In this document: one piece after another, positions 20,505-30,737 of the stretch
Layout of the letters: each line of letters starts with the position of its first letter
Numbering within the stretch: position 1 is the stretch's first letter
Origin: Verrucomicrobiota bacterium
Lineage (GTDB): Bacteria > Verrucomicrobiota > Verrucomicrobiia > Opitutales > Cerasicoccaceae
DNA: 64,000 bases
Direction: 5' to 3'
Assembly (NCBI GenBank): GCA_039818205.1
Contig: JBCBUK010000018.1
Span: 1 to 64,000, forward strand
Notes under the pieces: model-generated
Database searches by the model: none
Told to the model about the DNA's origin: nothing
What the model saw: only the letters and a program-made list of their open reading frames with translations
Translations under genes and position numbers: made by a program

Positions 20505-20756
20505 ATGCGATTGCCTCTTACTACAACAATCTCCCTGGCCGCGTTGTGCCTAGGTTTCGTCGGCTGCGGAGACCAACCAGAACAGGATGTTACTGCCACG
20601 CCGGTTGGCTCCCTCCTTACTGGTGAAACAAAAGATCCGGAAAGCTATCTGGAGAAAGTCGAAGAAGGAAACAAAGCTCGTCAAAACGAGCAGCAATATG
20701 TTTCTCCATTTGACCGGGAAGAACCAGGCCGCGGTGCGCTGCAAGAGCGTTACTAG
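20505..20756 (+). CDS. Small putative lipoprotein
   Basis: Signal peptide ending in a lipobox-like FVGC; 83 aa from ATG 20505. Confidence 0.65.
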   Translation: MRLPLTTTISLAALCLGFVGCGDQPEQDVTATPVGSLLTGETKDPESYLEKVEEGNKARQNEQQYVSPFDREEPGRGALQERY

Positions 20757-20828
20757 CCGCACCTCTCTAGTCGATATTTGAGTAATGGAACATCACTGCC
20801 GCAGCAGTGTTGCGCAGAGTGCATTTTC

Positions 20829-20987
20829 TTAGTCGTCCTCGTCTTCATCATAAGGCCGGCGGCCAAGCATCGACCCTTTCATGAAGCGGCTTTCGCGATA
20901 GCGCTTATTAACCCGCGCATTCGCCCAGCGCTCATAGACCAGAACGGCACCAACGATAAATAAAAGGGCTCCAAGGATGGTAACCAT
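20829..20987 (-). CDS. Small single-pass membrane protein
   Basis: Hydrophobic helix MVTILGALLFIVGAVLVY followed by a basic then acidic tail; downstream of pdhC. Confidence 0.5.
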   Translation of the reverse strand: MVTILGALLFIVGAVLVYERWANARVNKRYRESRFMKGSMLGRRPYDEDEDD

Positions 20988-21048
20988 GGAACCCGAAACT
21001 ACGTTCAACCTTGGCCGCAAGCAAGCTCAAGCGGCCAACAGTGCTCGT

Positions 21049-22371
21049 TTAGACAAGCATCAAGGACGGCTTTTCCAAGACTTCCTTGAGCGCCATCAGG
21101 AACTCAGCGGCAACGGCTCCATCGATCACGCGGTGATCACCGGCCAATCCCAAGCTCATGCGTTGGCCAACGACGATCTCGTCATTTGGTCCAACGACTG
21201 GTTTCTTGATCGTCGCTCCAACCGATAGGATTGCGGAGTTGGGCATGTTGATGATCGGGAAGAACCCAGTCACGCCATACATACCGAGGTTTGTGACCGT
21301 AAAGGTGGAACCCGCCATTTCGTTTGGCGTCAACTTCTTGCTGCGAGCCTTCTTGATCAGGGTCTTCGCTTCGGCAGAAATCTGGCGCAACGTCTTCGCG
21401 TGTGCATCACGGATGACCGGCGTCAGCAAGCCGTCTTCCAAGGCAACGCCAAAGGCGAGATGCACGGAACCATACTGCTGAACCGTATCGCCTTGCCAAG
21501 ACGCGTTGACGGCTGGGACCCGGCGAAGGGCTTCAGCGCTAGCCTTCAAAATGAAATCATTGACGGTGAATTTGATGCCGCCCTGCTCGGGTGGCAATTC
21601 TGCCAAGCTGGAATTGAGTTCAACACGCATCTTAATCAGCGATGCCGCATCGACCTCGGTTTCCAGATAGAAGTGAGGAACCTGCGTTTTCGACTCCAAC
21701 AAACGTTGGGCGATTACGCGGCGCATGTTCGAGACCTTGGTCGTTTTCTCTTCCAAGGCTGCTACCGGTGCGACTGCAGCAGCAGCCGCTGGTGCCGCCT
21801 CGGCAGCCGGAGCGCTTACTCCCTTCTCGATCGCGGCGAGAACGTCCTTTTTAACAATGCGTCCACTGGGCCCAGAAGCAGCAATTGCGCTCAAAGGAAT
21901 GCCGTGCTCGGCGGCCAATTTCTTAGCCAGCGGAGAGACTTTAATGCGCTTGCCATCTCCGGCATCGCTTGCCGCCGCGTCCTCAGCGCCAAGCGGCACT
22001 TGCTTGCGGCCTTCAGCCGTTCCAGTTTCGGATTTAAACTCTTTGTCGGGCTCGGGATCTTTCGGCGCCTCATCAAAGGCCTTTTTCTCCTCCTTCGGTC
22101 CAGCCGATGCGGCATCGGGAGCCGTTTCGCCCTTTTCACCAATCGCGCAAATCGGTGCACCAACAGGCGCCTCAGTGCCAGCGGATGAGTAGATCTTCAA
22201 GATCACACCATCTGCGACCAGATTTTCGAGCTCCATCGTCGCCTTGTCGGTCTCAACCTCGCACAGCATATCGCCAACAGAAACGGCGTCGCCTTCCTGC
22301 TTGAGCCAATTAACAATGGTTCCGACCTCCATGGTGTCGGAAAGTTTGGGCATATCAATAATTTCAGCCAT
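21049..22371 (-). CDS. pdhC: Dihydrolipoamide acetyltransferase (pyruvate dehydrogenase E2)
   Basis: Lipoyl motif ETDKA, E3-binding SPLAKKLA..SGPSGRI and catalytic DHRVIDG. Confidence 0.92.
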   Translation of the reverse strand: MAEIIDMPKLSDTMEVGTIVNWLKQEGDAVSVGDMLCEVETDKATMELENLVADGVILKIYSSAGTEAPVGAPICAIGEKGETAPDAASAGPKEEKKAFDEAPKDPEPDKEFKSETGTAEGRKQVPLGAEDAAASDAGDGKRIKVSPLAKKLAAEHGIPLSAIAASGPSGRIVKKDVLAAIEKGVSAPAAEAAPAAAAAVAPVAALEEKTTKVSNMRRVIAQRLLESKTQVPHFYLETEVDAASLIKMRVELNSSLAELPPEQGGIKFTVNDFILKASAEALRRVPAVNASWQGDTVQQYGSVHLAFGVALEDGLLTPVIRDAHAKTLRQISAEAKTLIKKARSKKLTPNEMAGSTFTVTNLGMYGVTGFFPIINMPNSAILSVGATIKKPVVGPNDEIVVGQRMSLGLAGDHRVIDGAVAAEFLMALKEVLEKPSLMLV

Positions 22372-22488
22372 GCTTGGATGTATCGTTTCGGTGGAAGCGA
22401 AAATACGTCAAAAGAAGAACAAATTGTGGTCTTGGCCGCCCCTGTCAATTGCGCAAAACCGTTTCGAGCAAAAGTTCACCCGGCGCAT

Positions 22489-23901
22489 TCAGGTTAGGTT
22501 CGTGTCATTTTCGGCCACGACATCCCGGGCAAACCCGATTCCTTCGCCGATTTCGGCGAACTTGCCGTCCAGCTGCGCCTCGTAACAGGCATCCAGGATC
22601 GCCTTAAACTGAGGCCCTGGCTTGAGCCCGATTTCGATCAGGTGGCGCCCCTGGACAATCGGTTTGGGTATGCTGTCACGCACTGCCAGCTTCTCCGCAC
22701 GCTCGCGAAGCCAATCTCCAGCGGGGAAATCGGCCGATTTCGGAGGACGGCCTCCCATATCAGCGTCTGCAACCCGTAAAAGCCGGTCGATACGGCCCAC
22801 TTTTCGTGCGAGCCTCCGAATGGCAGCATCGGATGCCTTAACTTTATACAGTTCCATCGGCCGTAAATGGGTTTCAATCAGCGGAAGCACCTGTGCGATA
22901 AGATCTGCATGGGCGGTCAATCGCCGCAAAAACGTTTCCGCGATCGGTACGCCCTCGACATCGTGGCCGGGCGAGCGAATGCGTCCATTCTCATCCACAA
23001 ACGTCGTTGGCGGCTTCGCAATATCGTGGAGGAGCACCGCGAATCCGACGACCAAGTCCTCCCATTCATCACCGAGACGCTTCCGAGCAAAGGCGTCCAT
23101 ACAGTGCAGGGTATGGACCCATACGTCTCCCTCCGGATGCCATTCTGGGTCCTGTTCGCAGCCGACGAGCGCCTCCAGCTCTGAGTAATAGCGAATCCAA
23201 CCGCAATCGCGGAGAAAATTGAGGCCCAATGACGGCTTCCGCCCTTTCCGGATCAGTTTGGCCCATTCCTCGAACAAACGCTCCTTCGGCAAGTCCTCGG
23301 GCTCGATACTTCGGCAAAGTTCCATCGTCTCTGGCGCAATCGAGAATTCAAACCGGGCCAGAAATTGCATCGCGCGCAGAACACGGAGCGGATCCTCGGC
23401 AAATTGGTGGGAAACATGTCGTAAAACTCGTTGCTGGAGATCGGCCCGACCTCCGGCGGGGTCGATCAACTCGCCTGTTAGTGGGTCCCAGGAAATGGCG
23501 TTGATGGTGAAATCTCGCCGCGCCGCTGCCTCAGCAAAGGTCATTTCCGGGTCGCCCTCAATCGCGAAGGCTTTGTGCCCGGTGCCCGATTTGCGTTCAC
23601 GGCGGGGCAAGGCGACATCGATATCCAGGCCCTTGATAATGAACACTCCAAAGGATTTGCCAACTTGGTCGATCCGGTACCGTTTTGTCAAAATCTCCTC
23701 AAGCTCATCAACCACAATGCCATAGACTTCCAGATCCAGATCCTTGGGATCGGCCCCGAGAAGCGCATCGCGCACGGCTCCGCCAACAATCACCGCACGG
23801 CCGCCGGCATCAGCGATTGCCTGGGCAACGACAGTAATCGCCTGGCCCGACTCGTGCTCCAGATTAATCAGACTGGGAAGCTGCTCGTTTTCGGATTCCA
23901 T
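22489..23901 (-). CDS. cca: Class II tRNA nucleotidyltransferase (CCA-adding) with HD domain
   Basis: GGAVRD, DLD, RRDFTINA, EDPLR, HPEGDVWVH and LLHD. Confidence 0.85.
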   Translation of the reverse strand: MESENEQLPSLINLEHESGQAITVVAQAIADAGGRAVIVGGAVRDALLGADPKDLDLEVYGIVVDELEEILTKRYRIDQVGKSFGVFIIKGLDIDVALPRRERKSGTGHKAFAIEGDPEMTFAEAAARRDFTINAISWDPLTGELIDPAGGRADLQQRVLRHVSHQFAEDPLRVLRAMQFLARFEFSIAPETMELCRSIEPEDLPKERLFEEWAKLIRKGRKPSLGLNFLRDCGWIRYYSELEALVGCEQDPEWHPEGDVWVHTLHCMDAFARKRLGDEWEDLVVGFAVLLHDIAKPPTTFVDENGRIRSPGHDVEGVPIAETFLRRLTAHADLIAQVLPLIETHLRPMELYKVKASDAAIRRLARKVGRIDRLLRVADADMGGRPPKSADFPAGDWLRERAEKLAVRDSIPKPIVQGRHLIEIGLKPGPQFKAILDACYEAQLDGKFAEIGEGIGFARDVVAENDTNLT

Positions 23902-23913
23902 GAAAGTGGGAGG

Positions 23914-23966
23914 TTGACAGTCGCGAAAAGTTAATCTTTAGTATTTTACCTAACTTAGTAAGGATT
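23914..23966 (+). promoter_or_regulatory. Candidate cysH promoter and AT-rich dyad operator
   Basis: TTGACA at 23914-23919, then imperfect inverted repeats AATCTTTAGTA..TAGTAAGGATT. The -10 element is not canonical. Confidence 0.4.
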
Positions 23967-23991
23967 TGTAAATTACCGCGACAGATAGAGC

Positions 23992-24711
23992 ATGTTGACA
24001 GAATTGGAAGACTTGCAAGCGATTAACCATCGCCTCGAAAATGCAACCGCGCACGCCCGAGTGGAGTGGGCGCAGGAGCACTTTGGTGAGCAGTTGGTGA
24101 TGAGCACCAGTTTTGGCGTTCAGTCAGCTGCGCTGTTGCACCTGGCCAACACCGTTTCGCCCGGGTTGCCAGTCATTTTCGTCGATACCGGCTATCTCTT
24201 TCCAGAAACCTATCAATTTGCTGCCCGCTTGAGCGAAGACCTCAATCTGAACCTCAAGATTTACAGCCCACTGCGAACCGCAGCCTGGCAGGAGGCTCTA
24301 TACGGAAAACGCTGGGAACAAGGTGTTGAAGAACTCGAAACCTACAATTTGGAGAACAAAGTCGAGCCAATGAATCGGGCACTCATCGAGCTCGAAGCCA
24401 TTGGTTGGATGAGTGGTTTGCGCCGTGTCCAATCGTCGTCCCGCAAGCATCTGCGCCCGGTCGAACGCCAAAACAAGACTTTCAAAGTTCACCCACTGAT
24501 CGACTGGAATGATCGCGATATCTATCAGTATCTTGCCAGCAACAACCTACCCTACCATCCGCTGTGGGATGAAGGTTACGTATCTGTGGGCGACGTTCAC
24601 AGCACCTCGAAGCTGGCCCCAGGAATGAACGCGGAAGACACCCGGTTCAACGGGGTGAAGCGAGAGTGCGGACTCCACGAAGTCAGCAACCGCGTAGACT
24701 TCCAAATTTAA
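23992..24711 (+). CDS. cysH: Phosphoadenylyl-sulfate (PAPS) reductase
   Basis: [22 protein letters not shown] and ECGLH; lacks the CC..CxxC Fe-S motif of APS reductases. Confidence 0.95.
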   Translation: MLTELEDLQAINHRLENATAHARVEWAQEHFGEQLVMSTSFGVQSAALLHLANTVSPGLPVIFVDTGYLFPETYQFAARLSEDLNLNLKIYSPLRTAAWQEALYGKRWEQGVEELETYNLENKVEPMNRALIELEAIGWMSGLRRVQSSSRKHLRPVERQNKTFKVHPLIDWNDRDIYQYLASNNLPYHPLWDEGYVSVGDVHSTSKLAPGMNAEDTRFNGVKRECGLHEVSNRVDFQI

Positions 24712-24741
24712 CCGGGGTCCGTATCTGCAAGGCGAGCTGCC

Positions 24742-25158
24742 ATGGAAAAATCATCAGAAAAGCCTGAGAAAATTTTCCGACCAAGCAGAGGAGCTTTTTT
24801 GTGGATCGGCTTGGTCATCGCCTTTTCTGCAATTACGAGTGTGATCCTTTTGGTGACCGACCCAGGCTCATGGGTCGCAATTGCATTTTACGTCTTCACG
24901 ATTTTTGGAATCGGTGGCGCGATTGAGCTCAAGAAAACGACCCTAATCCTCTACCCGTCATCCTTATACTTTAGCAGCGAGTTTAAAAAACGACGGATCG
25001 CAAAGAATGAAATCGACCGCGTGACCTGGGAGAAGGGATGCGATCCGGCCATCCAGCTCAAAGATGGCAGCTGGGTAAAGATTCCAACCGTCGGATCCAC
25101 CAACCAGGGCATTTGCCAGTCCATTAGAGCCTGGCTGAAGAGAGAACCGAATGCATGA
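24742..25158 (+). CDS. Hypothetical membrane protein (two TM helices plus a small soluble domain)
   Basis: 138 aa ORF with two hydrophobic segments. Confidence 0.7.
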   Translation: MEKSSEKPEKIFRPSRGAFLWIGLVIAFSAITSVILLVTDPGSWVAIAFYVFTIFGIGGAIELKKTTLILYPSSLYFSSEFKKRRIAKNEIDRVTWEKGCDPAIQLKDGSWVKIPTVGSTNQGICQSIRAWLKREPNA

Positions 25159-25392
25159 CGCGCTTCAACTAGGCGACGTTCCAGGCGAGCATGTGTTAAC
25201 CGATCAAATCAAATCGACAGGGTGCGAAACAAGGCGATGGGCAAGAATTCCCAGAATATCGAGCCGCTCCGTGCCAACCTTTTCGACTCGTTTGCTCCAA
25301 TTAACAAACGGCACCAAAAGAACAATCATCGGCAGCAGCCGAGTGCGGATCGTTGGCGATTACACAAACGTCTCCACCAAGTGGTCATCCGA

Positions 25393-25887
25393 CTAAAATA
25401 CCAGCGCATTCAATTCTTCCTGAATGCGGATGAGCGATTCCGGATCGGGATCTTTGGATTGCACTTGGTATTCTTGCTTGGAGCGGACGTGCAGATAGGG
25501 CTGCATGCCATTAACCGGTCGCCCCTGGCTGCGTAAGATACGTTTTCGCTCGAGCATCAGACCGAGGACTTGCTTGAATAGCTCACGGTCTTCCGCAACT
25601 TCAGCGCTGTTTTCTTCGAACAGTGACAGGAAAAGTTCTTCGGTGGTTGCCAAGGCGTGGGCGCGGGCTTCTTTTTCTTCCTCGCCGCGCGGCTTCACCT
25701 CACGTCCCCATCGGCCCAGCACGGCTTCCGGCCGGGGAAACTCATCGACCTTGGATTCTGCAATGTCTGCCCGTTGAAGTTGACCTTCATCATCGCGATA
25801 GAGAAAGCACACAACGCTGTCTCCGATCTCAAAAGGCTGTTCGGAAACTGCGCATTCACGCGCCAGGGGTTTGATCTGCCAATCCAT
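25393..25887 (-). CDS. Hypothetical protein
   Basis: Protein-like ORF from MDWQIKP containing LMLERKRILR; no function recognised. Confidence 0.75.
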   Translation of the reverse strand: MDWQIKPLARECAVSEQPFEIGDSVVCFLYRDDEGQLQRADIAESKVDEFPRPEAVLGRWGREVKPRGEEEKEARAHALATTEELFLSLFEENSAEVAEDRELFKQVLGLMLERKRILRSQGRPVNGMQPYLHVRSKQEYQVQSKDPDPESLIRIQEELNALVF

Positions 25888-26214
25888 GTCGCCCTGTAAT
25901 TCAGTTTGTTGCGAGCAAGGCGGCAAGGAAATTTGGCCTGCGGCCATCGTCGCCACCAGGATTATCGAGCTCTCCCAGGATGATCATCATTAGAAGCGGA
26001 GCCGCTACAGAAGTGACTCGCCGGGGTTCTCAACCGATAAACCGCCGGAAGGCTCTGTGAATAACTGGCTGTAAACTAATGAGACAAAAAAACTTACACT
26101 ATTCCCAATCGTTTGTGGATCGCTTTTTCTTGCTCAAGGTCAGACCGAAATAGAGAATCAACGGCTTCACATATTTATATTTCCATTCAATCCGTCCTGA
26201 AAGAATCACGCTAA

Positions 26215-26904
26215 ATGCACCCAGGTAAAATCTTCGCCATCGGCGACGTCCATGGCTGTAACCAAGAGCTCGAAGACCTCCTGAACCACCTCAATCTGGG
26301 GATCCATGATATGGTGGTCTTTGTGGGCGACTTGGTCAACCGAGGGCCGGACTCGGCTGCGGTGCTGGAAATTGCGCGAAACCTCCCCGGAGCCTACTGT
26401 CTGCTGGGAAATCATGAGCTGCGCCTGATGCGTTTTCATGAGACTGGGGATGAATCCCTGCTCAAGGACTACGATTGGCAGACACTTCCCCAGCTCACGG
26501 ATCGTGATTGGCGCTTCATGCGCGACTTCCACCTAAACCTGCATTTTCCGGGCCTCAAAACGGTGGTGGTCCATGGGGGATTTCTCCCGAACAAGCCTTG
26601 GGACGAGCAATCGGCTGACGTGGTAACGCAGATTCAGGTTTACAATCCGAAAACCCGGAAATGGGGCAAACGATCCGAAGTCCCCAATGGGCAAACCTGG
26701 ATGAAGTTCTGGAAAGGGCCCCCGTTTGTGGTTACGGGCCACACCCCGCGCAGCAAGGTCGTTCGCTCCAAATGGTCAATCTGTATTGATACGGGCTGCG
26801 TCTACGGTGGAAAACTAACGGCCTTCGAGCTGACCGAAAACAAAATTTACCAGGTCGACGCACACGAGGTGTACGTCAACAAGACCTTATCCGGAGTGGT
26901 TTAA
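26215..26904 (+). CDS. Metallophosphoesterase, ApaH/PrpE-like
   Basis: GDVHG, GDLVNRGP, GNHE, HGG, GHTP and DTGCVYGG. Confidence 0.9.
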   Translation: MHPGKIFAIGDVHGCNQELEDLLNHLNLGIHDMVVFVGDLVNRGPDSAAVLEIARNLPGAYCLLGNHELRLMRFHETGDESLLKDYDWQTLPQLTDRDWRFMRDFHLNLHFPGLKTVVVHGGFLPNKPWDEQSADVVTQIQVYNPKTRKWGKRSEVPNGQTWMKFWKGPPFVVTGHTPRSKVVRSKWSICIDTGCVYGGKLTAFELTENKIYQVDAHEVYVNKTLSGVV

Positions 26905-26966
26905 TCGCGTCGATCGCTCGATATCGCATTTGACGCCGGGAACTCTGGGGCCTAAACAAGCTCCCC

Positions 26967-27527
26967 GTGAATGCTCAATCCGCACCACCGCTGCCACTAG
27001 CACTTTTGCTGGTCGATCTTCAGCCAAGCTTCCTTCAGGTAATTCCCGAAGGGCAGTCCATTTTGCGACGCGCACAATTCGCGGCGGAGACCGCGAAGAT
27101 CTTGGGAATATCGGTCGCAATAACCGAGCAGGTACCAGAAAAGCTGGGGCCCACGGCCAACGAGCTAACGGAGTCGGCTCCCGAAGCGCCGGTCTTCAGC
27201 AAAACGGCCTTCTCAGCACTGGGCGCAGACGGCTTGATCCAATGGCTCAAGGACCGCAACGTGCAGCACCTATTGATCGCAGGTATCGAGACACCGGTTT
27301 GCATATACCAAACTGCGGTTCAGGCGATGGCCGAGTCTTTCGATGTCACCCTGCTCACCGATGCCATCGGCGAACGCCGTATTGGCGACCGCGACCCGGC
27401 CATGAATACACTGCGCCATGCTGGGGCTCACATGCTGCCGAGCGAGACGGTTTTTTATTCGATTTTAGGAGATGCCCAGCATCCCCAGTTCAAGGCCTAT
27501 ACGCAGCTCGTCAAACAGTTCGGTTAG
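26967..27527 (+). CDS. Isochorismatase-family hydrolase
   Basis: LLVDLQ, TEQVPEKLGPT, KTAFS and GIETPVCIYQT. Confidence 0.9.
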   Translation: MNAQSAPPLPLALLLVDLQPSFLQVIPEGQSILRRAQFAAETAKILGISVAITEQVPEKLGPTANELTESAPEAPVFSKTAFSALGADGLIQWLKDRNVQHLLIAGIETPVCIYQTAVQAMAESFDVTLLTDAIGERRIGDRDPAMNTLRHAGAHMLPSETVFYSILGDAQHPQFKAYTQLVKQFG

Positions 27528-27557
27528 TCTTTGGAAATCGTCATCGATCCGTAAGTC

Positions 27558-28940
27558 ATGCCTCAGTCCGACCAAGCATTTCCGGAAAGCCCAATGTCCG
27601 CTGACGAATATGCGATCGACGACCTGATCCGGTTTGCGGACACGAATTCGCTCGGCGCCGTCGACAGTGAAAAACTGGCCCGAACCTCGCCCTACACCGT
27701 TGCGAAATTCCTGGAGCGGATCCCGGTCGACGATCGTCGGATTTTGTTGCGCCTACTCGAGATTGAAGAGGCCGCTGACGTGCTGGCGGAAATGGATACC
27801 GAAGATGCGGCGGACGTCCTCGAGAAGATGCGGCAGCCCCGCGCAATTCAGGTCATCGAAGCACTGGACCCCGATGATAGCGCGGATATCTTCAGCGACC
27901 TCGAGATTGAAGATCAGACGCGCCTGTTGAGCGGTGTCGACCCAGAGACTGCGGAGACGGTTCGCACGCTCATCAGCTACCCAGAGGATTCAGCCGGGGG
28001 TATCATGACGACGGATGTCGCCACGGTTTCCAAGGACGTTACCGTACGGGAAGCCGTCGACCACCTACACACCCTCAATGATGAATTTGAACACATCTAC
28101 TACGTCTATGTAACTGACGACGAGGAGTGCCTTATCGGGACCGTGTCCATGCGTGATCTGGTCATGGCCAAGACCAATGATATTATTGGCGACATCATGA
28201 AAACGGAGCTCCGGGGAGTGGTGAACGTCAAGATGGATCAGGAGCACGTTGCCCTGGAAATGGCGCAGCACAACTTCCACGCCCTACCGGTTGTCGATGA
28301 TAACAACCACCTGCTCGGCATCATCACAGATGACGACATCATCGACATCATCAACAAGGAGGCCACGGAGGACTTTCAGAAAATCTTAGGTGCTGGCGGT
28401 GACGAATCCATTACGGACCCGATTACGGAGAGCATTCGACGCCGAAGCCCTTGGCTGCTTGTAAACCTCGTTTCCGCATTCATGGCTGGGGGCGTCATCT
28501 CTCTCTTCGAGGAGCAAATCAGCCACCTGACTTTATTGGCGGTTTGCATGCCGATTGTGGCCAGTCTGGGCGGGAATGCAGGCGGACAAACCCTCGCCAT
28601 TGTCATCCGCACCCTAGCGCTCGGTGGACTAGAGGACAAGGATTCCAAGCAGGTGCTGGTGCGTGAGGCCATCAAGGCAGCAATCAGCGGAATTATGATT
28701 GGGGTCTTGGCCGCGACGACCGTGGGCATTCTAACCGGCCAATGGGATGTCTCGGGTGTTATCTTGGCAGCCATGATCATCTCAATGACCTATGCCGGAC
28801 TGGCGGGGGCCTTGATACCCATCACTTTAAAGAAGATGAAGCTCGATCCTGCCCAGAGCAGCCAGATGTTTCTAACTGCATCGACGGATATCGTGGGTTT
28901 TGCCGTATTCCTTGGACTTGGAAGCTGGTTGCTGCTATAG
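27558..28940 (+). CDS. mgtE: Magnesium transporter MgtE
   Basis: Acidic N domain, CBS pair (SAGGIMT), GGNAGGQ, DPA and a TM5 Asp in TDIVG. Confidence 0.95.
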   Translation: MPQSDQAFPESPMSADEYAIDDLIRFADTNSLGAVDSEKLARTSPYTVAKFLERIPVDDRRILLRLLEIEEAADVLAEMDTEDAADVLEKMRQPRAIQVIEALDPDDSADIFSDLEIEDQTRLLSGVDPETAETVRTLISYPEDSAGGIMTTDVATVSKDVTVREAVDHLHTLNDEFEHIYYVYVTDDEECLIGTVSMRDLVMAKTNDIIGDIMKTELRGVVNVKMDQEHVALEMAQHNFHALPVVDDNNHLLGIITDDDIIDIINKEATEDFQKILGAGGDESITDPITESIRRRSPWLLVNLVSAFMAGGVISLFEEQISHLTLLAVCMPIVASLGGNAGGQTLAIVIRTLALGGLEDKDSKQVLVREAIKAAISGIMIGVLAATTVGILTGQWDVSGVILAAMIISMTYAGLAGALIPITLKKMKLDPAQSSQMFLTASTDIVGFAVFLGLGSWLLL

Positions 28941-29019
28941 ATTTGCTACGGTCAAGCACGTCCGCGCGGATTCCAAAATCAATATTTTCTTTGACGATTC
29001 GGTTCCGGTTCAAATAGCC

Positions 29020-29430
29020 ATGAAATCCATACCTCTCATCGCCTTTTGCCTCGCCGCTTTTGTTTCCCTGGTCGGGTGTCGCCCCGAGCAATCGGTCACT
29101 TCCGAGCAACCAAAAAGCGTCGAGGAACCAACAGTTGCTCATCCGTTCCTCCAGGACGTTGAGGAAGGAAAATTTGTAATCCTCAACCTTGGCGCTCCTT
29201 GGTGCCCACCCTGTGTGATCATGGACCCGCTGGTCGACGAACTTGGAACCCAAGCTGGTGCCGTCGTCCACAAGGTCAATATAGATAACTATCCGGAGAT
29301 CGCCGTGCAGTACAACGCCGAAATATTGCCGATAATCCTCCTGTTCAAGGATAGCGTGCTCGTAGGCCGGTTAGAGGGACTAAAATCGAAAGAAGATCTC
29401 AAGGAGGCATTTATGCCGGGTTCAAACTGA
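29020..29430 (+). CDS. Thioredoxin-family lipoprotein
   Basis: Lipobox LVGC and WCPPC active site. Confidence 0.85.
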   Translation: MKSIPLIAFCLAAFVSLVGCRPEQSVTSEQPKSVEEPTVAHPFLQDVEEGKFVILNLGAPWCPPCVIMDPLVDELGTQAGAVVHKVNIDNYPEIAVQYNAEILPIILLFKDSVLVGRLEGLKSKEDLKEAFMPGSN

Positions 29431-29539
29431 GCAAATTTCGTCACGAGCCGCAGAAAGGGCCGAGTACAATTATACTATTTTTCCCCTTACTGTCATTGAT
29501 GACTTGCAACTCGCAACGGCAAGCGTTCGACTATTGATC

Positions 29540-30172
29540 ATGTCGAACCAGAAGCCGAGACCCGTGTCTTTCCGCGAGCAGCGGATGATGGACCGGCAAC
29601 AGAAGTCGTCACAGTCTAACGCTGGGGCGTACATTGCTGCGGCTGTGGTGATGCTGATGGTCATTGTTGGCATCGCGGCATATGTCGTTTTCGGGCGACA
29701 CGGTGTGCAGTCGTTCAGCGACTTTGAGCTTCCGAGCCTAGAAATCCCCCAAGCAAACTCGCCGCAAAAATTGCCATTACCCCGCAATGGGATGTCCTTT
29801 GTAATGTTCGATGATTTTGGAGCGATCCCCGTACGCATGACAAATCGATCCGACAAGCATCATGCGCTGATAAAATTCCAAGACCTCAAGACAGACAGTT
29901 TAGTCGCTAAAGTCTTCCTCCATGCCGGACAAGAGGCGCAGCTAAAGATGCCGGGCGGGCGATACAAAGTTAAAATTGCCTCTGGTATCGACTGGTATGG
30001 CGAACCGCATCTGTTTGGGCGGCAGACGCAGATCACCGGGCTGCGAACTGCATTGGAAATTGTCGATTCACCCGACTACGAGTATATTATCAATCCCTGG
30101 CTTGAGGTAAACATAATGAACCCCTCCTTCAACGAGCGAGATAGCGTAAATTTATCAAAAAACAGTTGGTAA
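29540..30172 (+). CDS. Hypothetical single-pass membrane protein
   Basis: One TM helix followed by a beta-rich soluble domain. Confidence 0.7.
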   Translation: MSNQKPRPVSFREQRMMDRQQKSSQSNAGAYIAAAVVMLMVIVGIAAYVVFGRHGVQSFSDFELPSLEIPQANSPQKLPLPRNGMSFVMFDDFGAIPVRMTNRSDKHHALIKFQDLKTDSLVAKVFLHAGQEAQLKMPGGRYKVKIASGIDWYGEPHLFGRQTQITGLRTALEIVDSPDYEYIINPWLEVNIMNPSFNERDSVNLSKNSW

Positions 30173-30318
30173 AAACTACGGCGGCGAGGAACTTGCCCGG
30201 GAATCCACTGTCTTTGCGCATCACGGGAAAATGTGCCCCAACATCAGCCCTTACCTCATTGCCAAGCAACGGGTAAGCACTAGAATTCTGTGATAAAACA
30301 TTAACTTTGTTTTCGCCA

Positions 30319-30732
30319 ATGACCACACGCCCGATTCTTTTTGCAATGTTGATCGCTTTGGCCAGCCCAATGGCTAATGCTGCGACCGCTGGGGAGGTGG
30401 TGACGTTTGATCGATTCGTCATCGACCCAGAGGAGCTATTTTTTGAGGAAGATAAACGCATCCGCCCGGACAAAACTTTTATCAATCTCCGAAATTTCCG
30501 AGCCATGAGCAATCCCAATGGCGACCGATTTGCCTTGGTTACAGTTCAAAATCAACTGAACAGCAAGCTCATCCTCGACTCTGAGGAGTTTGTCGGCGTC
30601 CTTGCTGATGGCACTCACCGCTACCCTCGCGAAATTGACATAAGCTTGGACGCTGCGCGGACTCGCACGTTCGTTTTGGACTTTGGTAATTCTCGATTCC
30701 CACTTGTCAAAGTGATCATCGAGAACGGCTAG
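30319..30732 (+). CDS. Hypothetical secreted protein
   Basis: Signal peptide ending ANA; beta-rich mature region. Confidence 0.7.
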   Translation: MTTRPILFAMLIALASPMANAATAGEVVTFDRFVIDPEELFFEEDKRIRPDKTFINLRNFRAMSNPNGDRFALVTVQNQLNSKLILDSEEFVGVLADGTHRYPREIDISLDAARTRTFVLDFGNSRFPLVKVIIENG

Positions 30733-30737
30733 TTCAA

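Noticed and set aside
21400..22188. Long antisense ORFs (this one, 2170-2763, 5877-6530, 17249-17941, 19130-19780 and similar)
   Set aside because: They are shadow frames of well-supported genes, as expected in GC-rich DNA.
25262..25280. Sigma54-like TTGGCACG on the minus strand
   Set aside because: The GG-to-GC spacing is N9 rather than N10, there is no TTGC, and no suitable gene lies downstream.
25151..25536. Short ORFs 25151-25396 and 25222-25536
   Set aside because: They overlap better-supported genes and have no protein-like motifs.
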